This document shows, in pieces, positions 30,725 to 39,587 of a DNA stretch of 64,000 nt (the first letter of the stretch is position 1; each line of letters begins with the position of its first letter). The DNA comes from Polyangiaceae bacterium. Lineage in GTDB: Bacteria; Myxococcota_A; Polyangia; Polyangiales; Polyangiaceae. The stretch spans positions 32,001 through 96,000 of the forward strand of contig JANRKO010000008.1 of NCBI GenBank assembly GCA_033763455.1, read 5' to 3'. A model generated the notes under the pieces. The model saw only the letters and a list, made by a program, of their open reading frames with translations. It was not told the DNA's origin and did no database searches. Made by a program: the position numbers and the translations under genes.

Positions 30725-32530
30725 TCAGTTCTCAAGCTTCAGAACCGCTAGGAAAGCTTCCTGAGGCAGATCCACTCGCCCCACGCTCTTCATGCGCTTT
30801 TTGCCCTCTTTCTGCCTTTCGAGGAGCTTGCGCTTGCGGCTAATGTCACCACCATAGCACTTCGCCGTAACGTCTTTGCGCATGGCTCGCACTGTCTCAC
30901 GGCTGATGATCTTGGCGCCAATGGTCGCTTGGATCGCCACGTCAAACTGTTGGCGAGGCACGAGCTCCTTCAATTTTGATGCGAGCTGTCGGCCTCGAAA
31001 GATGCTGGTATCCCGGTGCAGGATTACGCTCAGTGCGTCAAGGGCTTCACCGTTAATCAGCATGTCAAGCTTCACGAGGTCCGAGGTGCGGTACCCAATG
31101 AGCTCGTAATCCATACTCGCGTAGCCACGAGACTGACTCTTCAGCTTATCGTGAAAATCCAAGATCACCTCGGAGAGCGGCAACTCGTACGTTACCACCA
31201 CGTGGTCGGGGCTCGGGTAGACGAGGCCGAGCTGGATGCCCCGCCGTTCCTCGCACAAGGTCACCACTGCGCCCACGAAGGTGTTGGGTACATGGACGGT
31301 CACCTTCATTACAGGCTCTTCGATGCTTTCAATGTCGCCAGCGCCAGGCAGCTTGGAGGGGTTGTCGACCTGTACAACAGTGCCGTCGCGCTTGTGCGCG
31401 AGGTACACCACGCTGGGTGCTGTGGTGATGAGGTCGAGGTTGTACTCCCGCTCCAGGCGTTCCTGAATGATCTCCATGTGTAGGAGGCCTAAAAATCCGC
31501 AACGGAACCCAAAACCCAAAGCTTCGGAGGTGTCGGGTTCGAACTTGAAGGATGCGTCGTTCAGGTGCAGCTTGCTGAGGGCATCCCGGAGATCCTCGTA
31601 ATCCGCAGAATCCGTCGGGAAGAGGCCAGCGAACACCATGGGCTTAACTTCCTTAAAGCCTGGCAGGGCCTCCGGGAGTTCTTTACCACTGTGGGTGATC
31701 GTGTCGCCGATCTTGGTGTCTTCAACGCTTTTGATTTGCGCGGCGATAAACCCAACCTCGCCCACTCCGAGCTCGTTGAGTCGCATCGGGTGTGGAGCGA
31801 AACAGCCAACTTCGGTCACCTCGTAGGCACCGCGAGTAGCCATGAACAAGATCTTGTCGCCCTTCTTCAGGTGGCCATCCACCACTTTCACCATGACCAC
31901 GGCGCCGCGGTAGCTGTCGTACCAGCTGTCAAAAACGAGCGCGCGAAGCAGGCCGTTCGGATTGCCGTTCGGTGGCGGAATACGGGTAACAATGGCCTCG
32001 AGCAAATCCGGCACCCCAAGGCCAGTCTTGCCGCTTGTGAGCACGGCGCCGCTGCATTCAAGGCCAATCACGTCTTCGATCATCTTCGCTGCGCGATCGA
32101 CGTCAGAAGACGGCAAATCAACCTTGTTGATGACCGGCACAATCTCGAGCTCATTTTCTACGGCCAGGTAAGCGTTGGCCACCGTCTGCGCCTGCACACC
32201 CTGGGTGGAGTCAACCACCAAGAGGGCCCCTTCGCACGCGCGCAGGCTGCTCGCGACTTCGTAGTGGAAATCCACGTGCCCTGGAGTGTCGATGAGCTGG
32301 AGCTGGTACTCGAGCCCATCTTTGGCTTTGTACTTGAGGCGGACCGACTGGGCCTTGATGGTGATGCCCCGTTCGCGTTCGATGTCCATCTTATCGAGGA
32401 ACTGATCGACCATCTCGCGCTGGGTAAGAGCGCCCGTCATCTGAAGCAGCCTATCGGCCAGCGTGCTTTTGCCGTGATCGACGTGCGCGATGATAGAAAA
32501 ATTGCGGATGAGCTTGGGATCTATGGGCAT
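30725..32530 (-). CDS. lepA: Elongation factor 4
   Basis: [42 protein letters not shown]. Confidence 0.98.
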   Translation of the reverse strand: MPIDPKLIRNFSIIAHVDHGKSTLADRLLQMTGALTQREMVDQFLDKMDIERERGITIKAQSVRLKYKAKDGLEYQLQLIDTPGHVDFHYEVASSLRACEGALLVVDSTQGVQAQTVANAYLAVENELEIVPVINKVDLPSSDVDRAAKMIEDVIGLECSGAVLTSGKTGLGVPDLLEAIVTRIPPPNGNPNGLLRALVFDSWYDSYRGAVVMVKVVDGHLKKGDKILFMATRGAYEVTEVGCFAPHPMRLNELGVGEVGFIAAQIKSVEDTKIGDTITHSGKELPEALPGFKEVKPMVFAGLFPTDSADYEDLRDALSKLHLNDASFKFEPDTSEALGFGFRCGFLGLLHMEIIQERLEREYNLDLITTAPSVVYLAHKRDGTVVQVDNPSKLPGAGDIESIEEPVMKVTVHVPNTFVGAVVTLCEERRGIQLGLVYPSPDHVVVTYELPLSEVILDFHDKLKSQSRGYASMDYELIGYRTSDLVKLDMLINGEALDALSVILHRDTSIFRGRQLASKLKELVPRQQFDVAIQATIGAKIISRETVRAMRKDVTAKCYGGDISRKRKLLERQKEGKKRMKSVGRVDLPQEAFLAVLKLEN

Positions 32531-32592
32531 GGGCTCGGAAGGGCAGGTGAGTTACCGGGCGCCTCCCTAGCACGCGGTAACAGAGAACGCGC

Positions 32593-32796
32593 TCACTTCT
32601 GCGACGCTTTGGCCGCAGGCCCCTCAGTGAGACTCATTTGCCCAGGAAGCGCGTGTTCGTAGCGCTTCAAGACCAGGTCAATCCCCTCCCGGATATACAC
32701 GGCGACCGGGACCTTGGTGCGGTCATGCAGGAGGTGCAGGCGGTCGTTTTGCTCCGGCGTGATGTAGACAGTTGTTGAGATTTTCTTGCGCGACAT
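32593..32796 (-). CDS. cdbA: Ribbon-helix-helix DNA-binding protein, CdbA-like (c-di-GMP-binding nucleoid-associated protein)
   Basis: MSRKKISTTVYITPEQ...TKVPVAVYIREGIDLVL, recalled as matching myxobacterial CdbA. Confidence 0.7.
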   Translation of the reverse strand: MSRKKISTTVYITPEQNDRLHLLHDRTKVPVAVYIREGIDLVLKRYEHALPGQMSLTEGPAAKASQK

Positions 32797-32817
32797 CGAT
32801 CCGACCTGCCAGCTGTT

Positions 32818-32846
32818 ACAATAGATTCCCATACGTATGGTGTCAA
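32818..32846 (-). promoter_or_regulatory. Sigma70 promoter of the RHH gene with a palindrome in the spacer
   Basis: Minus strand TTGACA (32846-32841), 17 bp, TATTGT (32823-32818); CCATACGTATGG palindrome at 32829-32840. Confidence 0.65.
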
Positions 32847-33191
32847 TTAGCGAGCCTGGCAGGGATGTGGAAAATATTGAGTTAAATCAACATCTTAATT
32901 GAACGAGCGGACCCTCCATTTCGCCTCCTCGGCCTCACCTGAGGACCTTGGCGGCCTGGCCGAGGCGCCTGCACCATGCATGGGAAGGCCATAGGGCCGG
33001 ACAGGCGAAGCCGGGACGCAACGCCACCATCAGCGTCCCTACATCGGTTCGCTAGCCGGAGGGGCTCTTATCATTAAGAAAGACACCGCGAGAGGGTCAG
33101 TAAAGCGAAGCCTAGAGATAAGGCGCTTTCTCCGAGAGGCGTTGCAGCCCTAGACTGTTCGGTGAACCTGAGGTCCTGTGGTGATTCGATC

Positions 33192-33980
33192 ATGAACGTG
33201 AAATTGCATGGCGGGGGAAGTGCGTGTGTCCGAGGCTTGCTGAAGGGGGTCGCGCTGTTGGGCAGTTGCGGTTGGCTTGTGGCGTGCGCCGCTTCCACCA
33301 GCGGGGGCGCCAAATCAGCCGACGGCGTCATCGAGAAGCGTGATACTACGATTGAGCACGAAGCCTGCGACACGAAGGGCGCTTCAGAGCGCTTGGACGC
33401 GAACGCTGATGGCACCGCAGAGATCGTGATCGTTCGCTCTGGTGACCGAGAGATCTGTCGGAGTGTGGACCTCAACTTTGACGGCGTGCCGGACGCGTGG
33501 GCATTCCTCGACGCACAGGGCAAGCTTCGACGCAAGGAGCTCGACTTCGATCGAGATGGTCGTATCGACGAGATCGACTTGTTTCAGAACGGTGTGATTT
33601 CCGAAAAACGCCGAGCCACAAGTCTGGCGAATCGTCTCGACACCTGGGACTTTTTCCAGGGAGGAAAGTTGGCGCGCACCGAGCGCGACTCCAACGGTGA
33701 CGCTGTAGTGGACCAATGGTGGGAGTATCCCCAGCCGGGCTGCCCGCTCATTCACTCAGATAGCAACGGAGATGGGCGTCCGGATCCAGGAGCGACCATC
33801 AATTACTGCAAGGAAACGGGTTATGTGCCCCCTGAGCGCCAAGCGGACAGCGGACCCAAGACGCCCGACTTCCAGCGCCCAGGGGATTCGCTTCCTACCG
33901 AAACGGAAGAGAAGACCAAGGCCCCACCAGCAGATGCCGAAGCGCCCAAGAGCGCCGCGCCGGAGGGAGATAAGAAATGA
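33192..33980 (+). CDS. Lipoprotein with repeated Dx(D/N)xDG motifs
   Basis: LVAC lipobox; DANADG, DLNFDG, DFDRDG, DSNGDA, DSNGDG. Confidence 0.75.
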   Translation: MNVKLHGGGSACVRGLLKGVALLGSCGWLVACAASTSGGAKSADGVIEKRDTTIEHEACDTKGASERLDANADGTAEIVIVRSGDREICRSVDLNFDGVPDAWAFLDAQGKLRRKELDFDRDGRIDEIDLFQNGVISEKRRATSLANRLDTWDFFQGGKLARTERDSNGDAVVDQWWEYPQPGCPLIHSDSNGDGRPDPGATINYCKETGYVPPERQADSGPKTPDFQRPGDSLPTETEEKTKAPPADAEAPKSAAPEGDKK

Positions 33981-34774
33981 AGCGATATGGTTTGTTATTC
34001 GTTGCGGCCCCGCTTCTCGCGAGCGCCTGCGGAGGCGAGAACAAGATGCCGGCTGTTGCTCCCGGCAGTGATCGCGTTACGCGGGGTGTTTCCGCGAGTG
34101 AACGGTCGCGTTGCGATTACCAGGGGCGCGCGGATCGCGAAACTGTGGAAACTGCAGGTCCGGGGTCGATCACACCGAACATTCGTCGAGTGTTCTCGCT
34201 GGTTGGGGATGGAGAAGATCGGCACCGCACGATCCTGTGTCGCGAGGTCGACACCAATCTGGATGGCGTAAAAGATGTGGTGCGCACCTATTCGGAGAAA
34301 GGTGAGGTAGCAAGCGAGCTTGCCGATTCAAACTTCGACGGTGTTATCGATACCTGGATCACCTTCAGTAATGGTCGCCGTGCGAAAGTTCAGCTCGACA
34401 AGAACGCAGACGGCAAGGCAGATGAGACTCGCTACTACATGCGAGGGAAGCTGAGCCGAGTTCAGCGCGACCAAAACCACGACGGTCGCACAGACGTATG
34501 GGAAATTTACGAAGACGGTCACCTCACGCGGATGGGGGTAGATCTCGACAACGACGGCCGGGTTGACCGTTGGAATCGCGATGAGATTGTCGCCAGAGCG
34601 GCAGCCGCCGAGGAAACTCGCCAGGCAGAGGAAGAAGCCAAGAAGGCTGCGGCAGAGAAAGCGGCCGAAGAGGCTCCAAAGGCAAGTAAGAGGCCGACTC
34701 GCTCCACGCAGGCGGCCGCTCCGGAAGCGGCTCCCCCCAAAGCTGAGGCTGCCCCGAAGGAAGAACAGAAGTAA
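33977..34774 (+). CDS. Lipoprotein with repeated Dx(D/N)xDG motifs (paralogue of the upstream gene)
   Basis: ASAC lipobox; DTNLDG, DSNFDG, DKNADG, DQNHDG, DLDNDG; ATGA overlap. Confidence 0.75.
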   Translation: MKRYGLLFVAAPLLASACGGENKMPAVAPGSDRVTRGVSASERSRCDYQGRADRETVETAGPGSITPNIRRVFSLVGDGEDRHRTILCREVDTNLDGVKDVVRTYSEKGEVASELADSNFDGVIDTWITFSNGRRAKVQLDKNADGKADETRYYMRGKLSRVQRDQNHDGRTDVWEIYEDGHLTRMGVDLDNDGRVDRWNRDEIVARAAAAEETRQAEEEAKKAAAEKAAEEAPKASKRPTRSTQAAAPEAAPPKAEAAPKEEQK

Positions 34775-34854
34775 GCCCAAGCGCTGTGCTAAGCGTGGCC
34801 CCGTGCTGCCTTATCCCGCCCCCGGTGCCCTACCGATTTCAAAAAACGTGACCT

Positions 34855-36066
34855 GTGGCTGACGAGCGTTTGCAGAAAATCCTGGCGGCTGCAGGCATTG
34901 CTTCGCGCCGAGCAGCTGAGGAAGTGATCACTGCCGGACGCGTTCGGGTGAACGGCAGGTTGGTGCGTGAGCTCGGAATCAAAGCCAACCCGAAGCGCGA
35001 TCGCATTGAGGTGGACGGGCAAGTCATCACGCGAGAACGCTTGGTCTACGTGGTGCTCAACAAACCCAAAGAGGTAATGAGCACATTGAAAGATCCCGAA
35101 GGCCGAGCAACGGTTGTTGACTTGGTGCGCATTCCGGGGGCCCGCGTGTCTCCAGTGGGCCGGCTTGATTATCACACGAGTGGCGTTTTGCTCCTCACCA
35201 ACGACGGGGAGTTCTCCGCCAAGCTGCAGCACCCGCGCTATGGAGTTCCCAAGCGTTATAGCGTCAAGGTGCAGGGCGAGATGGACGAACGAACACTCGT
35301 GCGGTGGCGGGAGAGCATCATGATCGACGGGCGTGCCACGGTCCCCGCTGAGGTCACTCGCGTGCGCACCGAAGACGGCAAAACGTGGTTGAATATCTCG
35401 CTTCGCGAAGGGCGCAATCGCCACATTCGGCAGCTGGCCGAACACGCGGGCAGCCGCATCATGCGGCTAGTGCGCTTCGAGTACGCAGGCATTACTGCAG
35501 AAGGGTTGCACGCCGGGCAGTGGCGTTACCTTAACGTGGATGAATTGAAGGCCATCAAAGCAGCGCATGGTGTGCCGAAAAAAGTGGCAGCGCCGGCCGT
35601 GGACGCTGAAGAGGCGCGCGCTATTCACTCGGTACCATTTCGCAATTCGAGCAAAGGTGCGAAAAAGCGCTTCGCGGATGATGACGACGCTCCACCACGG
35701 CGGGCCTACAAGGCCGGCGAGGATGCTCGGCCTAACAGGAACCGTCGAGATGTAGGCGTGGCGCGAGGGCGGGATTCTGGACCTACCCGAGGCCGTGATG
35801 CAGGACCTACGCGGGGGAGGGATTCGGGGCCTACGCGAGGGAGAGATTCGGGGCCTACGCGAGGAAGAGATTCTGGGTCTACGCGAGGAAGAGATTCTGG
35901 GTCTACGCGGGGGAGGGATACTGGACCTACGCGAGGAAGAGATACAGGACCTGCACGAGGACGCGATGCTGCCGGGCGCGGAGCTCCTTCGCGCGATACC
36001 GAGCGAGCAGGTCGCCCGTTGTCTCGTGCGGGTGCGCGGGAAGCTGTGCGTCGCGGACGCGGTTAG
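34855..36066 (+). CDS. rluB: RluB/RsuA family pseudouridine synthase with a repetitive basic tail
   Basis: RLQKILAAAGIASRR (S4), VGRLDYHTSG, LREGRNRHIR. Confidence 0.9.
   Translation: MADERLQKILAAAGIASRRAAEEVITAGRVRVNGRLVRELGIKANPKRDRIEVDGQVITRERLVYVVLNKPKEVMSTLKDPEGRATVVDLVRIPGARVSPVGRLDYHTSGVLLLTNDGEFSAKLQHPRYGVPKRYSVKVQGEMDERTLVRWRESIMIDGRATVPAEVTRVRTEDGKTWLNISLREGRNRHIRQLAEHAGSRIMRLVRFEYAGITAEGLHAGQWRYLNVDELKAIKAAHGVPKKVAAPAVDAEEARAIHSVPFRNSSKGAKKRFADDDDAPPRRAYKAGEDARPNRNRRDVGVARGRDSGPTRGRDAGPTRGRDSGPTRGRDSGPTRGRDSGSTRGRDSGSTRGRDTGPTRGRDTGPARGRDAAGRGAPSRDTERAGRPLSRAGAREAVRRGRG
35764..35967 (+). repeat. Coding tandem repeat, 24-bp unit x 8.5, encoding RGRD(S/A/T)G(P/S)(T/A)
   Basis: Read directly from the DNA and protein sequence. 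Confidence 0.95.
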
Positions 36067-36160
36067 GAGCTTCGCTCTCGGTCACAGTTTTCATCGAGGA
36101 GTGCGAACCAAGCCGAATTCGGCTTGACAGCCTGCGCCCACGCGATCGAGCATCCGTGCG

Positions 36161-36835
36161 ATGCACATGCGCTACGCTCTCCAGGGCTCTTTGGTTGCTC
36201 TCGCTTTGGTGGCCTCTGCCGTTTCGGGATGTTCGGACGATTCTGGTGCCGCGTCGGGTTCCGGTGGTGCCAAAGCTAGCGGGGGAGCGTCGTCAGGGGG
36301 CACCAACGCCAGCACCGGGGGTAAAGTAGCGACTACTGGTGGAGCAAGTTCCGGCGGGGCCAGCGCTGCGACCGGTGGTCAGGCAACAGGCGGAGCTGCA
36401 GTGACGGGCGGATCATCAGCATCAGGCGGCTCAGCCGCGACAGGCGGAGCTGCTGCACTGGGTGGCTCAGCCGCGACGGGTGGAGCGGCAACCGGTGGCG
36501 GAGCTATAGGAACGGCGGCCTGTACGCTGCCTGATGCGGACGCGTCGGCAATGGGGAAGACGTGTGTGGACTACTGCGAGGGCTGGTTGGGACCAGGTGG
36601 CAGTTGCCACGACATGGAAGGGTTCATGACAACCTACGTGGATGATATTGACCAGTCGGACTGTCGTACGAAGTGCGCAGCGTTCACGCAGAGCCAATTC
36701 TGCTGCCGAATGCAACACGTCCTTTTGTCCGTGGCCGCCATTCCGGCCAACTGGGAAAACGCCCAGCCCGCTGACTTTGCGGAAGAAATAGTTCACTGCG
36801 GTCACGCTGCGGGCACAACGCTCTGCCAGAATTGA
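36161..36835 (+). CDS. Lipoprotein with Gly/Ser/Ala/Thr linker and Cys/His-rich C-terminal domain
   Basis: VSGC lipobox, TGG repeats, CVDYC...CRTKC...CCRMQH...HCGH. Confidence 0.75.
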   Translation: MHMRYALQGSLVALALVASAVSGCSDDSGAASGSGGAKASGGASSGGTNASTGGKVATTGGASSGGASAATGGQATGGAAVTGGSSASGGSAATGGAAALGGSAATGGAATGGGAIGTAACTLPDADASAMGKTCVDYCEGWLGPGGSCHDMEGFMTTYVDDIDQSDCRTKCAAFTQSQFCCRMQHVLLSVAAIPANWENAQPADFAEEIVHCGHAAGTTLCQN

Positions 36836-36879
36836 CATTGCTGTTCGGAGCCCTGTTTTCGTACGCTGAGGCCCCTACT

Positions 36880-37578
36880 TCACTGCACCAACTCCGTAAC
36901 CCGCGGCAAATCCTGATCTTCCACGGCGCCTTGAATTACGCACCGTAGCTTTCCTTTCGGATTGAAGAGCAGCTGAACGGGGAGCTCGGGATCGGGCGCG
37001 ATCCCGACGGATTTTAGCCATTCTTCGCGCGGCGCGCCTTCGGGCAGCCAGTACGACGCTTCGAGGGGGCCTGAGCTGTCGCTGAGGAAGGTGCGTAGCT
37101 GGCGTTCGTCATCGTCCACCGAGATGGTGTGGAGGCGAAAGCCGAGCGATTTTTGCCAGCGGATGAGCCGAGGCAATTCTTCTTTGCAGGGCGCACACCA
37201 GGCCGCCCAGAGGTTTACCCAAGTCCAGCGGCCACCGCCGATTCTCGGCTTTTCATTGGTGCGGCCCGAGCTACCGGTGATGCGCACTAGTGCTTGGTCG
37301 GGGAAGGGGTCCCCCGTGGATTCGCGAGAGCAGACAGGAACGCGTGCTTTGGCTGGCTTCTTCGGCTCGGTTGCGGTTGGGGCGGGCACAGGGGCCGCCT
37401 CCGCCGTGGCTACTACGCCTTGGCTCCTTGCCTTCGGAGCCATGCTGGGAGGCGGTGGATCTTCGCAGCCGAGAAGCCCTATGGCTGTAATTACAAACGA
37501 CAGTCGACCCAAGAAACGAACGCGCTGCGATTGATTGCCTCTTCGGCGCACTTCTGGTCGGGGCGGGAATTGGTCCAT
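36880..37578 (-). CDS. TlpA/ResA-like thioredoxin lipoprotein
   Basis: LLGC lipobox; NLWAAWCAPCKEELP; start uncertain. Confidence 0.85.
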   Translation of the reverse strand: MDQFPPRPEVRRRGNQSQRVRFLGRLSFVITAIGLLGCEDPPPPSMAPKARSQGVVATAEAAPVPAPTATEPKKPAKARVPVCSRESTGDPFPDQALVRITGSSGRTNEKPRIGGGRWTWVNLWAAWCAPCKEELPRLIRWQKSLGFRLHTISVDDDERQLRTFLSDSSGPLEASYWLPEGAPREEWLKSVGIAPDPELPVQLLFNPKGKLRCVIQGAVEDQDLPRVTELVQ

Positions 37579-38258
37579 GTGCAGTACTCGTGAGAAAGCT
37601 GAGCGTATTCGTTCCCGAGCCATAGCAGGCCCGCTTTTTTCTCGATGTCCGGATCTTGAGAAACCTCTTTGAGGTGGAACATCACGGAGTTGGCGCGGCG
37701 ATGGGAGAGCGCGCGATTCTTATCCACGGTGCCCGTTTTTGAGGAGCGGGAAACGACGAAGAAGTAGCGAGCTCCCCGCCTATCAAACCACTTTTCGTCC
37801 AAGAGCTTGGTAGCTGCCTCGTCGAGCTTATCTTCAGCGTTGTCGAACAGGAGCACAGCTCCGCGATCTTTGAGTGGCGTAAAAAGGGCGTTGAAATCCG
37901 CGTCGCTGATGGCGGCAAACGTCTTGATGTCGGCGGGCTTGCAGCCACGCCGCGTTTCCTCGCTCGCGAGCCCACATGAGTGCAGCACTCGCTCCAGAAC
38001 CTTCTTGAATTCGGGGGTGCAGTAAGCAAGCTCGGACTGATCAGCAACGGCTATCTTAGGCTTGTTGGCCTCCGCAGTAGGCGCCGTGAGCCGTTCTTTC
38101 GCGCTACCCACGCTTGTTAACACAATCCCCACGGCGGTAAGGGCCGAAGCAAGGCCAAGCCCCACACCGCCAAGTAGTGCACCCATAGGGATGCCACCTT
38201 CTTTAGTGGGGGGTGCTTCGTCGCGGGGCGGGAGTACGGGCATCATGGGGGCGGTCAT
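37491..38258 (-). CDS. Membrane-anchored Cys-rich protein with a divergent OmpA-like C-terminal domain
   Basis: Single TM; LFDNAEDKL and NRALSHRRANSV resemble OmpA_C motifs; 6 Cys. Confidence 0.6.
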   Translation of the reverse strand: MTAPMMPVLPPRDEAPPTKEGGIPMGALLGGVGLGLASALTAVGIVLTSVGSAKERLTAPTAEANKPKIAVADQSELAYCTPEFKKVLERVLHSCGLASEETRRGCKPADIKTFAAISDADFNALFTPLKDRGAVLLFDNAEDKLDEAATKLLDEKWFDRRGARYFFVVSRSSKTGTVDKNRALSHRRANSVMFHLKEVSQDPDIEKKAGLLWLGNEYAQLSHEYCTWTNSRPDQKCAEEAINRSAFVSWVDCRL

Positions 38259-39574
38259 GGCAGCACCTCGGGGGCAAGCTTCGAAAGCGTGAACTTTAGA
38301 CCAATATCCGTGTCTTCCTCACACAACTTCTGGTCGCCGAGAAATACCTGGGGAGTGGAAACGGGGATCTTGTTCTCGGAAGCAAAGTGCAAGTGCTTGT
38401 TCAGCCGCACCTTCGTTTCGCGGCTATTCATGCAATTGCCCACACTGAGGCCAAAACGCTCGGTCAGCATCGCTTCGAGTGGCTTTGGGCCTCGTTTGCC
38501 AGCGGCTACGAGCGCTTCCTGGTTCTTGTAGGCCCAATCCATCGCTTCACGCGCCTGATTACCCGTGCACAAGATGGCGCGAGCCACGATGCAGGCTCCG
38601 GGATGGAGGGGGTCCGAGAGCATCCAGTTGCACTCGCTATCCAAAGGGAAAAGCGAGAGCTTGGCATCCAATCGATCGAAAACACCCTCGATTACGAGGC
38701 GTTCGTGAAAGGCCTTACACGTCGGACACATCGGATCTTCGAACAATAGTGCGGATTTCTTGGACAGCGGGGTTTGCAGTGTAATGAGCTCATCCCCTGC
38801 TGTGGCTGGCCGTGCGATTTTTCCGCAGTTAGCCAGATAGGGCGTGTGGTTGGGCGCGGAGGCCGCATAGACTACTGCAGGAAGGAGGGTGAACACTCCC
38901 AAGATTGTGAGGCCGGCAAGCGCGAAGGCCATCGCCTCGCCAAGCTTGGCCTTTGGGGCCGAACGGCTGGCGCTGAGCATCAACACGCCTGCGAGCCCAA
39001 GCAGGGCGGAAGCGACGTAGATCCCAACGCACACCTTACACAGGGAGCCGAGCTTGATCATTGAGATGGTGAACATCAGCGCTGAGGCCAAGAGGGGCGT
39101 GAGGGCCGTGAGCCCATACAGCACCAACGTGGGTCGCTTAACCCGTGTTCCGGCCAAGAGCACATACAGGGAGTAACCTGCGAAGAAGCCGAAGGCACCG
39201 AGCGCGAACAGGGAGATGGGCAGGCCGCCCCAGAGCGTGTCCTTGAGTACAGCTGAGTAGGGGCTGTACATGGCAGCTCGGCAAGCTTCTGCATCGCTTG
39301 TGGGCGGAGCACCAATGATGAGGCTGCAATGTAGATCGTGCACACCACGATCTAAGTGCGCGGCGTAGTCAGTGGTTGAAAGAGCCGCAAAGGTTAATCC
39401 CAACAATGATCCAACGAGCCCCAACAGGGCTGCTCGCCACGGACGCTGTAGCATGACGCGGACGCTGGCCAATTTTGCGCCTAAACGCAAGGGTGGAGGC
39501 GCCCCGGGACGCACCAGATATGCCTTTATCGGCTCTTCGGGCCATGAAGAGCCTGGTCCGTGTGGTGCAGGCAT
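38255..39574 (-). CDS. Vitamin K epoxide reductase (VKOR) fused to a DsbA-like thioredoxin domain
   Basis: Loop Cys pair plus SPYS, TM CKVC; periplasmic CPTC, FPLDSECN, HPGAC, STP. Confidence 0.88.
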   Translation of the reverse strand: MPAPHGPGSSWPEEPIKAYLVRPGAPPPLRLGAKLASVRVMLQRPWRAALLGLVGSLLGLTFAALSTTDYAAHLDRGVHDLHCSLIIGAPPTSDAEACRAAMYSPYSAVLKDTLWGGLPISLFALGAFGFFAGYSLYVLLAGTRVKRPTLVLYGLTALTPLLASALMFTISMIKLGSLCKVCVGIYVASALLGLAGVLMLSASRSAPKAKLGEAMAFALAGLTILGVFTLLPAVVYAASAPNHTPYLANCGKIARPATAGDELITLQTPLSKKSALLFEDPMCPTCKAFHERLVIEGVFDRLDAKLSLFPLDSECNWMLSDPLHPGACIVARAILCTGNQAREAMDWAYKNQEALVAAGKRGPKPLEAMLTERFGLSVGNCMNSRETKVRLNKHLHFASENKIPVSTPQVFLGDQKLCEEDTDIGLKFTLSKLAPEVLP

Positions 39575-39587
39575 GGTGGAATGACGT

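Noticed and set aside
31565..32662. 365-aa antisense ORF and many similar alternative-frame ORFs
   Set aside because: Shadows of lepA and other real genes, expected in GC-rich DNA; no recognisable motifs
32995..33070. GGGACGCAACGCC segment resembling a GEMM riboswitch core
   Set aside because: The upstream GGCAAAC and GNRA stem are missing; cannot be supported without an Infernal search
35764..35967. Possible CRISPR array
   Set aside because: Contiguous in-frame 24-bp coding repeats with no spacers and no cas genes
36550..36835. Possible c-type cytochrome
   Set aside because: No canonical CxxCH motif
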